NCBI GenBank assembly: GCA_964234715.1
Contig: OZ174278.1
DNA: 64,000 nucleotides
Direction: 5' to 3' (one strand)
DNA from: Podarcis melisellensis
Taxonomy: Eukaryota
Positions 11,628-24,917 of this stretch are shown here, in pieces. The notes below the pieces were generated by a model, which did not search any database, was not told the DNA's origin, and was given only the letters and a program-made list of their open reading frames with translations. The position numbers and the translations under genes were made by a program. Position 1 is the stretch's first letter; each line of letters opens with the position of its first letter.

Positions 11628-12581
11628 TAAAGTGAAATACCATATAAGCCTCTGATCAAATCAGAGATCCTGCAGACCATCTCAGTGCCTCCTACCTGAA
11701 TTATTTCCAAAGTACTTTGTGATATATTTAAATACCGGGCCTCCCTGGTCTTACCGGAACTTGAATAGCTCATTTTTGAGACAGCATCCCAAACAAGCTA
11801 GCTGAGGACCACCTGTTTTGAGTCAGAGGAGAACTGCTTCCTACAAAACCCCACAATTTTGCTAGTGTTCACTATCTGAATATACACTAGGACCAGTTTC
11901 CCTTATCTGATGAGACCTGACAGCCTCAATAGCTCAAGGCATGTATAGCTGTCTGCGTCTGCTGTTCTCTTTATTAGCTGTGAGAGCAAACAGTTTAATT
12001 GTATTACGGGAAAACCATTTTTTAAAGGATCCTTCTGTAAAAAAGCTCTTAAGATAATCATAAATCCTGCAGGTGATGCCCTCTCACTGCCCTGATTAAT
12101 GTCCCTATATTGTCTGTGAGCCTCTTTTTAATAGGACTTTCTTCTCAGTGAAGGCTGGAAACAATAGCCGCGGTGACCCTAAGCAATAGTGTTATACAAT
12201 AGCACATGCTTGATAAACCCACTAGCCCCACAGCTGAAACACCCAGAAGGACACTGTGTCCAGAGATGATGCTGAAGTTCTCTGATCTTGGGCTCACAAG
12301 TCAAAAGCCTCCCTCAAAGGAGTACCAACAGCCCTTGGGCAAATGTGATCTCCCATGGTCCTCTGGGCTTAGAGTCCTGATGTGCTGTTGTGCAGGAAGG
12401 AAGGGGATGAGGGGAGAGTGGGGAGTGGGGCTGGGCTTTAGGAAACACTGATGGCTGGTGGACACAGGGACATTTCTTCCAGGCTCTTCCATTCTATCCT
12501 CCTCCCCTGGACGATCTCAGTACTTTTCAGAATTAATCCAAGATAAGTTTTGGAAACATTTCCATCTCTAGTCACCAAATA

Positions 12582-12841
12582 CAGTGGAACCTTGGGTTGC
12601 AGACATAATCTGTGACAGAGGCACGTCTACAACCCGCCGTGTTCGCAAGCTGAAGTGCCGCGTCTGTGCAGGTGCCGGCGCAATTTGGCGCTTCTGCGCA
12701 TGCGTGGAGCATGATTTAGTGCTGCTGTGCATGCGCAAGTGGCAAACCCCGGAAATAACCCATTCTGGTACTTCTGGGTTTCCCGCGGTCCGCAACCTGA
12801 AAACACGTAACCTGAAGCAAACATAACATGAGGTATGCCTG
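12582..12841. mobile_element. Tc1/mariner-type MITE, CpG-rich
   Basis: ta|cagtggaaccttgg ... gaggtatgcctg|ta; shares internal motifs (aacctgaag) with the 11399 family. Confidence 0.75.
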
Positions 12842-12959
12842 TAATTTGTTTGGAACAGTGTGTTTGAATAAAATCCTAGTTAAAAATGAGAATGCTGGGA
12901 AAGAAGTGAAGGGAAAGGAAAGGAAAGGAAAGGGAAAGCAGAGTGTATGGCAAACTCTG

Positions 12960-13330
12960 GGGCCTTAAGGAAGGGTAGAGCATTTGCTTGCATGCAAAAC
13001 GCCCCGGGTTAAATCCCTGACATCTCCATACAGAGCTGAAAAAGACGTCTGCCTAGGAACTGGAAAGCTGCTGCCTACAATACTGAGTTAGATGGACCAA
13101 TGGTCTGACTAAGGACTCAGCTACATTAGTAAACAAACAAACAAACAAACAAACAAACAAAAAGTTTTACAAATGCGCTGTAATCCTGTGACACCAGATG
13201 GCGCTGTAGAGCTGTAATTGGAACTCTATGAAATTTTGCAACTTTGAGCTAGAAAACGTTTTTTTAAAGATCATTTTCAGGTTGTTTTTTAATAGCTGTG
13301 TAGATGCCTGTGTATAAGGCAGCTTCCTCT
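12960..13330 (+). mobile_element. tRNA-derived squamate SINE interrupted by a ~200-bp insertion (13111-13310)
   Basis: tRNA-like head (ggtagagcatttgcttgcatgc...gggttaaatccc); the tail gatggaccaatggtctgact / gtataaggcagcttcct is split by the insert. Confidence 0.7.
13191..13204 (+). promoter_or_regulatory. CTCF-like motif, forward orientation (ACACCAGATGGCGC)
   Basis: Strong match to the CTCF core, with the CpG retained. Confidence 0.55.
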
Positions 13331-13437
13331 GTAAGGTGAATGAGTCCAGTGTGGCAGATGGAATTTAAACTAACTATGTGAATTCTCATAAGAAACTAAT
13401 ATGCTTACGCTGCAGATTTTTTATTTAGGGAGGGGCA

Positions 13438-14132
13438 GTACTTCTGGTGGTGGAACTAACCTTCTGGGGTAGTTTGCCCACCATTAATCCCCACCCTGCA
13501 CTCAGCTCTCACCTGGGGATCCCAGAAGCTGCCAGCATGTGACACCCCACGAACGGTTTCAACGGGCCAGCTAAACCAGGTGAGGATAGTCAATGGGTCT
13601 CAAACCCTCTGTGAGTTAAGAACTTCCCCTGTATGCAAAGATAGGCTCCAGCAAATTGAGTGGATGAGACCAATAGTGGGTTCAACATTCAAGAAGGCTG
13701 TTTCTCTGTAGGTGGTAGAGGGAAGTGAGGGATAGATGGTGCTCATCAACCTGGGAAAGCAGCTCATCTAGGAGAAAGAAAACTGATCCTGAACCCCCGC
13801 TGCCTTGTGGGATATATTTGGGAGAAGAAAGGGCTAAGGAGTAAACTCTACACAAATCCAGAGTGGAGTCCCTAAGACAGTTGGGTGACAGCTTGTACGC
13901 TTCCTTCCAGCAATTCATGTGTTGCCAAAATTTTTGCTCTGCTTTCCTTTGGACCACATCAGTGAGGCTGAAAGGAGGGTCTTGTCATCTGGGCAGCGCA
14001 GGACCTCCATACACACTGCCTAGGCTTGTACCCTGTGGAGATCACTTCGGTGCTGCTAACAGCAGTTTGGCTTCACCCCTGGAGGCACACTTCATTGTCC
14101 CTCAAGACAGATGGATGACAATAATGACAACA
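13438..14132 (+). mobile_element. Non-autonomous non-LTR (RTE-like) retroposon
   Basis: 5' part homologous to the inverted copy at 18475-18715; ends in a degenerate (ACA)n-like tail; RTE assignment from recalled similarity only. Confidence 0.6.
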
Positions 14133-15503
14133 TTTTTATCCTGCCTTTCCTCCAAGGTGGCACACATAGTTCTGCCATTTTCTCCTCAGGGCAAACCCTG
14201 AGCAAACCCATTGAGTAGACAACAATAAATCTTCACTAACTTTTGAATTTTTTTTTTACAAATGACTATTAACTTTTGAGAACACTGCTGATTAGCACAA
14301 GTGCCAAGGGAAAGGAAATAAGGGCTGCTTTAGAAGTCAGGCAAGGTAGCTCAGTCTAATAACCATCACCGACTTGAAATCTTTTCTGAAACAATGAAAT
14401 TGTACATTTATGCTTCACACCGTTCATTGCTAGGCTTTTTAAAGCCCTTGGGTCTGGAATCTCCAGCCACCTCTGAAACATAGCCGCTGTTTAACAAGGC
14501 ATAGCAAGTTTCAAGAGGAACACTGTTAACAGGTTAGCACTGCAAAGGCAAAGATGAATACAGACCCTAATATATTAACCAGCTTTTGATCCTTTATTGA
14601 AAAAATTAAAAAAACCTAGAAGAACAAGGTTTAGTGCTACTGCTTTGATCAGGGATTTTCACACTTTACGGTGTGAACACTTTACGATGGAACCAGACCT
14701 TGATACCACACAGGATTCCAGAAGACCAGGTAAGCCAAGTCCACATCTTCTAATAGACAAGTAAGACATTTACCCAGAATCTTAGCCCAATTGTTTCCTC
14801 TTCTTCCTAGTCGCAGATTCCATTTATTCCACCATGATCCTAAACACACTGTGTCCCTCTTCTTCCCCTCTCAGTCCTTAATGCTAGCTCTCATTTTACA
14901 CCATGATCCTTAGTGAAGGTCTGTGGTTCAGCAATGGAGCATGAATTGGTGGTGGAAATCTTGCTGGCTTGGTTGGGATCAGCCAGATGGGCCCCAGACA
15001 ACACTTTGGGACAGTGCTAATCTCCTCACAGTGGACCCACCTGGTTGGCAAGCTCACCAGTGCAGGGGCAATGATTCCACCCAGGCAAGATTTTTTCCTT
15101 GCGACACCCAAAAGCAGCTCTACCTCCAGACTTGCTTCGAGATACCTTCTGAAAATGCAGGGCTAATGATGGGATGTCAGCATTGGGTCAGTTGTAGTAC
15201 CCGGATCAGTGAGAAAAGCATTATTAGGTAGGAAGCTGTTTATATCAAACCAGACATCCATCCACTTGGCTCAGTATTGTGGTTTGCCTGTGGCTCACCA
15301 GGGTTTCTGTCAGGAGTTTTTCCTCTACCTGGCGATGCCACCGATCTACTGCATGCATAGATGTGCCCTGCCAGTGAGTAACAATTCTTCCTCATACTTG
15401 ACAAGGTCAAGCTAAAACTTGACAAATCTTGCAATAAATAAAAATCCCGCTAGTTAGCATTTGTAGAAAATAAATAAATCTCATCCTCATATAAATCATT
15501 GCT

Positions 15504-15551
15504 AAGCTCTAATATTAGTTAGCAAACAAGCTCTAATATTAGTTAGCAACA
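15504..15551 (+). repeat. ~24-bp tandem duplication (aagctctaatattagttagcaa x2)
   Basis: Seen directly. Confidence 0.9.
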
Positions 15552-18474
15552 TTTACAAAATTCAAGTGACTCGTCCCCAGGGTTCTTCTACATAGTTCAC
15601 TTCAGTGTATGACATCAGTCTTGGGGGATCATTTTCACAGAATGCTGTGAGCAAAGTAGCACATGATTTATATTTTGGGAACCAAGGTACTTTCATATTT
15701 GGCAGTTTGAAAATATTAGCACAGAGAAAGGAGTGCCATCTAGTGTATCAACAACTTATAACTTCTTGTAGCACCCAAAGGATTTTGAAGGCCGCCTTCT
15801 ACCCTATAAAGATTTGCCAGGCTTTGGTTAGCCAGTAAAAAGTAAGGGCAACCCAACCTTTGATCAGTTCATCATTTGTGTGTGCTGAAAGTTTCTACGA
15901 TGTAGTACAAAACAGCACCATCGTCTTATTTATTTCGTGTTTCAAATTCTGTGATTTGCTTGCAAATAAACTGGCTCTACTGGCAGACAAACTAGAAAAG
16001 CATGTTGCTCTTTCAAAGATGAACTGAAATTTCTTTTAACATATAGACATTGAAGATCAAGATCACATTGTCAAAGGAAATGGTTCTCTAGTGTTACTGA
16101 AAACGCTGTAGTCTATCTACGTAGGGAGGAATGACAAGATGCCTTTTCCATTTAACTTGCACCCTGCAGGCAATTATAGAAGCTCAGTGAAGACAAATAT
16201 GTAGTTGGAATGAGCACATTACAAGGCTGGGCTCTTGTCTGCTGGCTTGTTTCTGTTTACCACGTGTTCATCAGACCCGCTATACAGAATCTGTGCACAC
16301 AAACAGGGCATGATCCAGAGCCCGCTATGTGCTTTTCATTTTACTAACACTAATGGCTGAATAGGGCTAGTACTTCAGTTACTCATGCATTTTCTTCACT
16401 ATTCACCACAATTTTTTGCCCAGGGCAAAAAAAAAAATCAAGGCATCAATTTCTGTGAACAAGTAGGGTGGTATTCAATTATGGCATCCAGTCAGCACTG
16501 GCAGGTATAAATTGCAGCGGTGCACATACTAACATTGGACATAGTCATCATGGCTAGTAGCCATTGATATTCTCATTCTCCCTCCACACTGGCCACCACA
16601 TTGAGTGTGGTGGTGGTGAATTCCATAGTTTATCAAACTGCTGTGTAAAGAAGTACTTTGGAAGTCCTGAATCTTCTAATATTCACCTTCGTTGGTGGCA
16701 ACAGAGTCAAATGACTGAGGACCACCATCCCCCTCTCTCACGTTCCAGATTGACTCTACACTGTGAGGAATTAAAGTATTAGTGAGGCCCACCACCATGG
16801 GCTACTTAAAGCCAAAAAAGGGGGCGGGAAGGAAAGAGGCCTGAAGCAGGTGTACCAGCAAATGGGTCCAGGGCTGCACAGTGGTCACAATTTCTCCTAC
16901 CAGCTTGGTTTCCTCAAAATAAGAGTTTCACATGTCCAGGCAGAATAAAGAGAATAAGAAATCTAGAACACCATTCACCAACTTGGTGAAAACCCATCTA
17001 TCCAGTGTGATACAAAAATAATCTGGAAGGCACCAGGTCGGTGATATAGAAGAATGGGGGGAGCATATTTTCATGCAGTTTATCAGTGTGTGCTTTTATG
17101 TATACTTAAAATGAAGCCCGGCCTACCAAGGCAGAGGGACTGCTGGTCCCTAGTCATTAGGCGGCAGCAGCCTGGCCTGTTTGCAGTCTTAGCCTCTGTA
17201 ATCCTCACTGGTAGAGAGGTCATTAATAATGCTTTCTAGCCTGTCACTGCATGCTGCATCTTTTGAAATCTATGCCCCTCTGGGCCCATTAGAGGGAGGA
17301 ACTATGTCTGCTGAAACATATGAGTCTGGCAAGTACTGCCTGCTGTTCTTGTCTCAAAGCCAACACCACCATCCTTGTACACTAAAGAAGGCTGGGAGAC
17401 TCTGGGGGAGGATAGTGAGTGAGAATGGGGGTGGGGATGACTGTTGAATCATTGCATTTGCTTGTGAAAGTGCAGAAGAGTCTGAATCAGAGTTGGGGTT
17501 AAAGCTGAAAGCCTGTGCCTCAATAGAGAGAGCAGGAATGGTGCCTAGCCCGAAATCAATGTATGAAAGGGATTCTGGCATCAGGTGAATAAATACAGGA
17601 AACCATTTACCAAGTAGTCATCTCCCCCTCTGTGCATATAGCCACTTGGAAAATCAGTTATCCGTAAGGAGGTCATCTTCCAGGTGCCCCAGTGAGGTAA
17701 GTTGGATGGTTGAAGGGAGGGAGAGAAGGAGAGACAGTATGCTTCTGGTCTTGTTTTGTAAAGTGTCCTGGAAGCATCGCTGAAGGCAAAGACAATCTTT
17801 TAATATGTTTGGCCAAACATCTACTCTCAATGAGAAATCTAGAGAAATAGAGACTAATAAAATTTCTCCTTATTTAGGATGGCCATATTTCTAGAAGTTG
17901 AGCTTTTTTGGGGGGAAATGAATCTCAAAACTTTTTTTAATGTCTTCAAAATCTCAGACATTTTCCTGATTTCCTGAAATTCCCCCTGGATGCTATTTTC
18001 TCCGGTTAAATCCCGAATATGTCCAGGAGATTCCAGACGTATGTCAACTATGCCTTATTACTACTCTGAAGAATGCCAGAAAAAAGTGGCTTTACAGCTG
18101 CTTAAATGTATGCTATGGTAATCACTTGGTTAATCTGCCCTCTTTACTCACCCCGAATCTCCACCCCCTGACACAGGGGTGTGGAATTTTAGCAAGGATA
18201 TTCTAATGACTCTACAATACCCACTTGAAAACAGCAGGACTTACTTATGAGTAGATATGTATAGGATTAAACTGCTACAGAACAATCCAAACCACCCTAA
18301 TGTTGGACTGTGTCGAATTAGGTGGAGACATAACTCAGTTGACCTCCCACTAACTGCCAAACGCACGTGGTGAGGAGGCCTGTGGTCAGAATCCTTGCTG
18401 GAAGAGGTCAGCTGGGAACCTCTGGATTAGGGCTCTGCTGCTCTGCAGAACCATGCCAGCAGGGGGTGGTTTTT

Positions 18475-18715
18475 GGATTAGTCTCATCCGCTCAATCCAC
18501 TAGAATCTGTCTTCCCAAGCAGTGGAAATCCCTAGCTCCCTGAGGGTTTGAGACTCATTGGCTAGCCTCACCTGGTTTAGCCAGCCAGTCAAAGATGGTG
18601 TGGCCACTGTCACATGCTGACAGCTTATAGGAGCCACAGGTGAGAACTAAGTGCAGGGTGGAGACCAAAGTTGGACAAAGTACCCCAGAAGGAGCATGAC
18701 CCCCACCAGAGGTAC
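18475..18715 (-). mobile_element. Partial inverted copy of the 13438 element (5' region)
   Basis: Shared blocks ctcacctgtggctc, gctgtcagcatgtgaca, gctaaaccaggtgagg, gtctcaaaccctc, ggatgagac. Confidence 0.75.
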
Positions 18716-20624
18716 AGAGGAAAAGGCATAGATAACAAAATCAAGGGGAGTGCTTTAAAACATGTATCAGGTAACCACATCCATCCTTGTGGACGGCAAA
18801 ATCTGGAATCAATCTAGATTGAAAGCAGCATCTTGAGGATGAGCACGAATTCCATATGGTGAAATCCTGGGAATCTTCCAGCTGGTGTCTTATCACGTCA
18901 TTTGTACTTCTAAAATGTTCTTAATTCTGCTGGAGCTTCTCTGATCATTTATGCAATGGGAACAGGATTTTACGAAGATTCTGGTCTTTGAAATATTCAT
19001 GGGGCTTTAGTGGTGTGTGATTCATTTACTCCCCCTCCCCCTTGTCTTAATGGGATGCCCAAGATTGGAAGAGGAGAGAGGAAACTCTGCTGGGAAAGCA
19101 CTAGAGACAGCTCACTTGGTCACGAACTGAACTGGCCATACTCCACCCTGCACTTGCCTCTCAGATGCTACCCAGCAGAGCTGACATTGGCCCAGCAAAT
19201 AGCCCTGAAGTAGCTGTAGTACAAGAGAAGCGGGGGTCTGCACATCCTACATCCTTTTCCAGGTTAAATATAAATACATGAGTTATGTAAGAGAGCAGCT
19301 CATCACAGAGGGGTAAAAAGCAAAGGAGCATAATCAAACTGTTTTGACAGATCCATTTGTGGCATGTGCAGGGATGCCTCCATTACACAATTCTGAAAAA
19401 CTCACATTTGAAAATTTTTATTTCCCTATCACCTTGAGAACTATTTATTCAGTTTCTGTACTATATATACAACCATATTTTTGAGCTCCTAAATACTGTA
19501 ATTTATCAGAATGACACAACTTAGGAAGGCTAGTAAGAAAACAAGTATTTCCCCAGGTAGTTCGACTTGGAGATACATGCTAGCAGTCAATGTGGATTCA
19601 ATATATACCAACAACTAGGATCTGGTTTACATATGAAGTAGACTGAGATGGACAACTCCTGAAGTGGTATAATACTTTGTACCAGCTCACAATTCAGGAG
19701 AGTGAGCCACATGTTTTAATGTTCCTCCACATTATTTTTTTTTAACAAAAACCTAGAAAATGATAATAAAAACACCAAATATATACTTGAGAAAGATTCT
19801 GGCCCTGTTAAAGTTTAATGTACATAAAATGTTGTGTTTAAGTGCATTATAAGTTTTTTTGTGTGTTGGGACAGAGGTGGTGATTTTCCACTTGGGTGCA
19901 GTAAGCTGTCTTGTGGCAGTTTTAGGTCTCTCCATTCAACAGGAGATTCAAAACCTGAGTGTATATATGCCAATGATGTTACTTGCAACACAGACACAGA
20001 AGCTGTGAGATGCTGGCATGCTGGGAAAGGAAAGACTTGCTTAAGTTCTTCCTTGGACCAGAAGAAGAAACTTTATGAAATGGAACCATTGCTGGTTCTT
20101 GCCTTGTTACATTCTTTGTTATTCTGTAACGTTTATCCATTGTATTCAATGTTTAAGATTGTTCTGCAATTAAAGCTATAAAACTCATTCTGGTGGTGAA
20201 GAGAATTCATTTCTGCACAAGAGTCCAGATCTGGGAATTCCGTTGTCCAAGTCAAACACTCTCTGCTCTGCTAGCTCCTATTTTTCTGTTTTCAGCGTGC
20301 ATTAAAACAGGGTGGCACGACTGGTAGGGAGGTCAGAGGTGGGATCTAAGTAGAGTTGAGGCAGAAGCCAAGGTGATTTGCACCTTCCATGGTTTTGCCC
20401 ACAGCCCTTGAAGAGGGGCTCCTTGTTTATTTTGAGCACTTCTACTCCAAATGCTCGCCACGCCACTGCCCTGCAGGGGACGCCCAAACAATACTGTAGA
20501 ACAAAGTGTGAAAGGCGGGAAGAATGTGCCAGATTTTAGCGTAGTAGAGGGAGCTGCTAAAATGTGAGAGCCCAAAGTCCATTACTGCTAGCACAAGTGA
20601 ACTTGCTTCACTCTATATGGCATA

Positions 20625-20865
20625 CAGTGGTACCTTGGGTTACAGATGCTTCAGGTTACAGACGCGTCAGCTTACAGACTCCGCTAACCCAGAAATAGTA
20701 CTTCGGGTTAAGAACTTTCCTTCAAGATGAGAACAGAAATCCCACGCAGCGGTGCGGCAGCAACGGGAGGCCCCATTAGCTAAAGTGGTATCTCAGGTTA
20801 AGAACAGTTTCAGGTTAAGAACGGACCTCCAGAACGAATTAAGTTCTTAACCTGAGGTACCACTG
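20625..20865. mobile_element. Tc1/mariner (Tigger-like) MITE
   Basis: TIR cagtggtacct/aggtaccactg, TA TSD, close copy of 11399-11627. Confidence 0.92.
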
Positions 20866-22089
20866 TATTGCCAAAGCTATCACTTCTGTTACCAGTTGCC
20901 TTCAACGCTCTCTCTTTCCACATATGCAACACACTATATACATTCTTGTAAATCAGCCTTCTCCAATCTTGTGCTTCCCAAATAGTGTTGGACTACAACT
21001 TCCATTATCCTTGACCAGTCCCATGCTGGCCTGATGGGAGTTTTAGTTGAAAAGGTTTGTAGGGCACCAGGCTGTGGAAAGCTGCTTCAAATCGTGCTTG
21101 AGCTGCATGCATTAATCATGCTTCCCCTACACATACCAGCTCTGGGAGGAGAATGTTTATGGAAGTGTTTGCCCTAGAATTTGCAGTATATTCATAAAAT
21201 TCATTATTGACATGCCCAGAATCATCCTAATTACCAGGTATTCATTTCCGCCCACATGCTCCTTCAACGCAGATCTGCATGGTGTGTCAGTGAATAAGTC
21301 TACAGGTTTTCAGCCTGTTGCCATTCAGCTCAGATAATCAAGCATTCAATGCCTCTGCTATGGTTTTTTATTTATATAATGGAGCAGGCTTGCAAAGCAG
21401 AAGGAGATTTATAATAGAAATAGAGAGGAATGTGGGAGTGTGATCATGAACCATGTCCTCAGATGCTCTCTCTGAGAAGAAAATAAACTCTGAAAATTAG
21501 TAATGTGCAGGTTTCCCTACACTTGAGCCATAATTGGGTCACAGAGCACTAATGCCATTCCTGAATGTGTGAAAAAGACCACTTATTTTTCAAGGGTATG
21601 TAAATTGTCTCGCAGTGTTTTCCCCATAGATGTTCTCACAATGTCACCCAGCAACTATTTTGTGTGTGTGTGTGTGTGTGTGAAGGAAGGAGGGCAGCAT
21701 GTTTCCTACACCAAAGATGTTTAGATCACAACTGATCTTTTCCTATATCATCGTCAGGGGCTGCGCAGATGAGGAGTGGTAGAGACCACCACCTCAAAAG
21801 CCTTCCAGAGAGGAGAGGGGGAGAGAGTATGTCTGCACACAGTGTGCATTACCTGTTTGGTTCCTCACACCTGCAACACTACCCTTGAAGGCCTATTCAC
21901 AAAGCTGTCATCTGGCCATGAACAATAGCCATTTCAAATATGCACAGCTCAGTTTAACTGCCAAGTGATTGTGGCTTATATTTCAAATCATATAGAAGGA
22001 GGTTTGAAATCTGATGCCCTTCTTCTTCTTGGTGGAGGAAAGTTCCATTAACACTGCTCCCTTTTCCTGCACAGAGCACCGGATATAGG

Positions 22090-22849
22090 TGTCAGAGCTG
22101 CCTCCAGGTCCCAGCTCACAGAGGACCAACACTAGCCGGTTGTAATGTACAAAAGTCTTTATTGAAGTTCAGTTTCCATTTACAAGCCGCAGCGTGCAGC
22201 TCTACGTCTTAGAACCTAGACCGGCGTAGCTCCGTCTGAGTCTCCGCCCCCTGTACACCAGTTTAAGACTCTAGCCTTACTCCACCTCTTCCATTGTTCT
22301 TTCCTCCTCTGGGTCCTTCTGCCCCCCGGGGTCTCCTCCTTTCTGGACTCTTCTGACGCTGACCCCCCTGACTCTTGTCCCTCCTTCCGGCGGGCTTTAG
22401 GACCTGGCTCCCTATCCGGGCTACCTGCTGTGCCGCTCGCCTGTACATTTGAACTTGGCGTGCGCGCCCAGCCTCCAACTTTCCTCTCGACCGTTTCCGC
22501 GCTCTTCGATGGAGGCGTGGTCAATCCTGACTCATCTCCTCCCGCTGGTGGTGAGCAGCCTGATCCCGATACCTGGGACTCCTCCCCCCCACTGCGCTCT
22601 GGTGGGGAAGCTCGTCCTGATTTCCAACTGCTGCTCTCTGAGTCCCCTCTGGCCCCTTCTTCCTGGGGTGTCCCCCTAGGCACCCCCCTTGCTCTGACCA
22701 TGGGCGCCCGCTTCTGTGAATCTTCCGATTCGCTGGATAGACTCAGGGAATTCCTCGGACCACTGTCATCGCTTACGCTCCCTTCGGATTCCTCCCCCTC
22801 GCTCTCCATTTCCTCCCTCTCCTGTGCCTCTGCTCCTGAGCCCCTGACA
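22090..22849 (-). mobile_element. Solo LTR (760 bp; Gypsy- or ERVL-type) containing a 197-codon ORF
   Basis: TGTCAG...CTGACA termini; 5-bp TSD ATAGG at 22085-22089 and 22850-22854; minus-strand AATAAA at 22158-22163; CpG-rich. Confidence 0.9.
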
Positions 22850-24917
22850 ATAGGGATTTAGGACACTGATTGGATGGGGTGCAAATCTGAGAAGATCCAT
22901 AACTGAGAAGATCCATTTGGGGGTGCCAAATTTTGGGCTTACTCGGGTTTCCTCATTATCAAAGTTTGCCCCTGCCATAAAAACATATTCCTGTTCACTA
23001 AGGAATATCTGATTGGTTGGGAGCATCCATATGACCAACCCACAAAGGAAATAGAAGCAGAACCAAAGATGCAAATGACATCTAGTGAAGCCAGTGGCAC
23101 CCAGCAGAATAGAAAAAGGGGAATATTTTTACTATTAAACCAATTTCAGGGAGATATTTCTAAACCCTTCTCCTCAATTACTACTTTTGGGCCAACAATA
23201 AAAATGGGAAGATAATTATTTGCAGCCCAGAATCTTTAGCACTTGTTGGTAGAATGACACTGGAGTGAACAAGAGAGAAGAAACATACATAGAAATGCAG
23301 GGATTGTGTAGGCAGGACTGTCTTCCTTGAAGAATCTATTTTCCAGCATTTCATTACTTTGAAGTTAATCTCCTGAGTGCTCAGTGCCCCCCTTTTTTTC
23401 TAACTCGGTGCTTCCTGAAATGCACTTCCATTTGTCTGCCTTGTGTTAATTTTCCTTAAAATGCCTCGTGCTGGTGAACATTAGGGTCATAAATGCTCCC
23501 TCCCTTCTATTCTTCTTTCTGCCAGGTTCCTAAGCATGTCTTGCTCTGTTAGCTCTGCTATCAGTCTGCTGCAATGAGACTGACTTTCACCTTTTGGTGA
23601 TCCAGTGCATTAGGAAGGTGAGGCTGAGAGTAAATGCAGAGCACCCAGGACCTGACCCATGGCCAATGACCCATGGCATTCCAAATACATCCTTTGTTTC
23701 TGGAGTAATAGTCATCAGCTCAGATTCTTAAGAATGGCAAGTTTCCTGAGGATTATAGCCTGTGTGAAGTTGGAATGCAAGTTGAAACATAGGGCCTGGT
23801 TCCAGGGCAGCTGAAAGGTAGGTGCAGGGGTAGAGCTGGGTGGAATCTAGACACATATTAAAAAAACCCCGCTGTGAAAATGCTTTTTAATTATTATTAT
23901 TATTATTTGGAAAAATACGGTGAATTTGTCATAAGCTCACCATCCCCACCTAGTGTCGCAGTTGTATAATGCACTCAAAACATACTTAAAACATTATATT
24001 TGAAGCTGTATAGCTGAGTCCCTGGTGATTGGCCCATGACAGCAAGTGAGCAAAACTAACGATGAGTTAAGGATTTAATATATAGTCTTCCCCAGCCCTG
24101 CCTGGAGTCACCAGGAATTAAACCTGGGATCATTTGCATGCAAAGCACATGCACATGCTCACACTCACACACTGGGATGGGGACGCATTTTGTTGTTGCC
24201 CTTGTTACACTATTAGGAACCAGAAATCCTTGCTGATCTACTTCAAATTATCCAGAGATCTTTCAGTACATCCTGACCTACCTTTTGCCCACCTCTGGTC
24301 TAAAGGACTAGCTAGTCCATAGGATTCTGCTGCTGAGCATCTCCAAAACACTTTTGCAGTAACCTCTGGGAGCGATGAGACCTGAAGCCATGCTGTCACT
24401 CTCAGGGAAATTCTACAGGGAATAAACATGACTGCTCCTATGGTGTGTGCATAGAATCTCCCTGAGAGCAAGAGTGTCCTGAACCCCTGGTATAACTGGT
24501 GGCAAATCATGGAGTCAAGTCCCCAGGCCAGGGTCAATCCATGTGTCTAAACCAAAGCACAGTCCCGTGGAAGTCCAGGAGCATCCAGGTAAAGGTCCAT
24601 CAGCATGGGCAGCTGAGCAACACAGCACCTCTACTCTGCTGCCCTTTTATATTCTGCATGCTGTTTGCATCATCTGGGTTTGATGAGGCATGTGACCCTC
24701 ACCTGTTCCAAGCCTACTTCAGCTAAGAAATCCCACACCTCCTCCCAGGGCTAACAACCCCCCACCTGGCCAGCTAGGGAGCTGGACTATGAGCCCTTGC
24801 CTGCCTCACCCTCTGCTCCTTATGCCTCAGAGTCCACCATGTTTGTGGAGACAGGGGCTCCTCTAGCTCTGGTGATGGGTCCTGCTGTTCTGGTTCCTGT
24901 GCACTGACCCCCTATCC

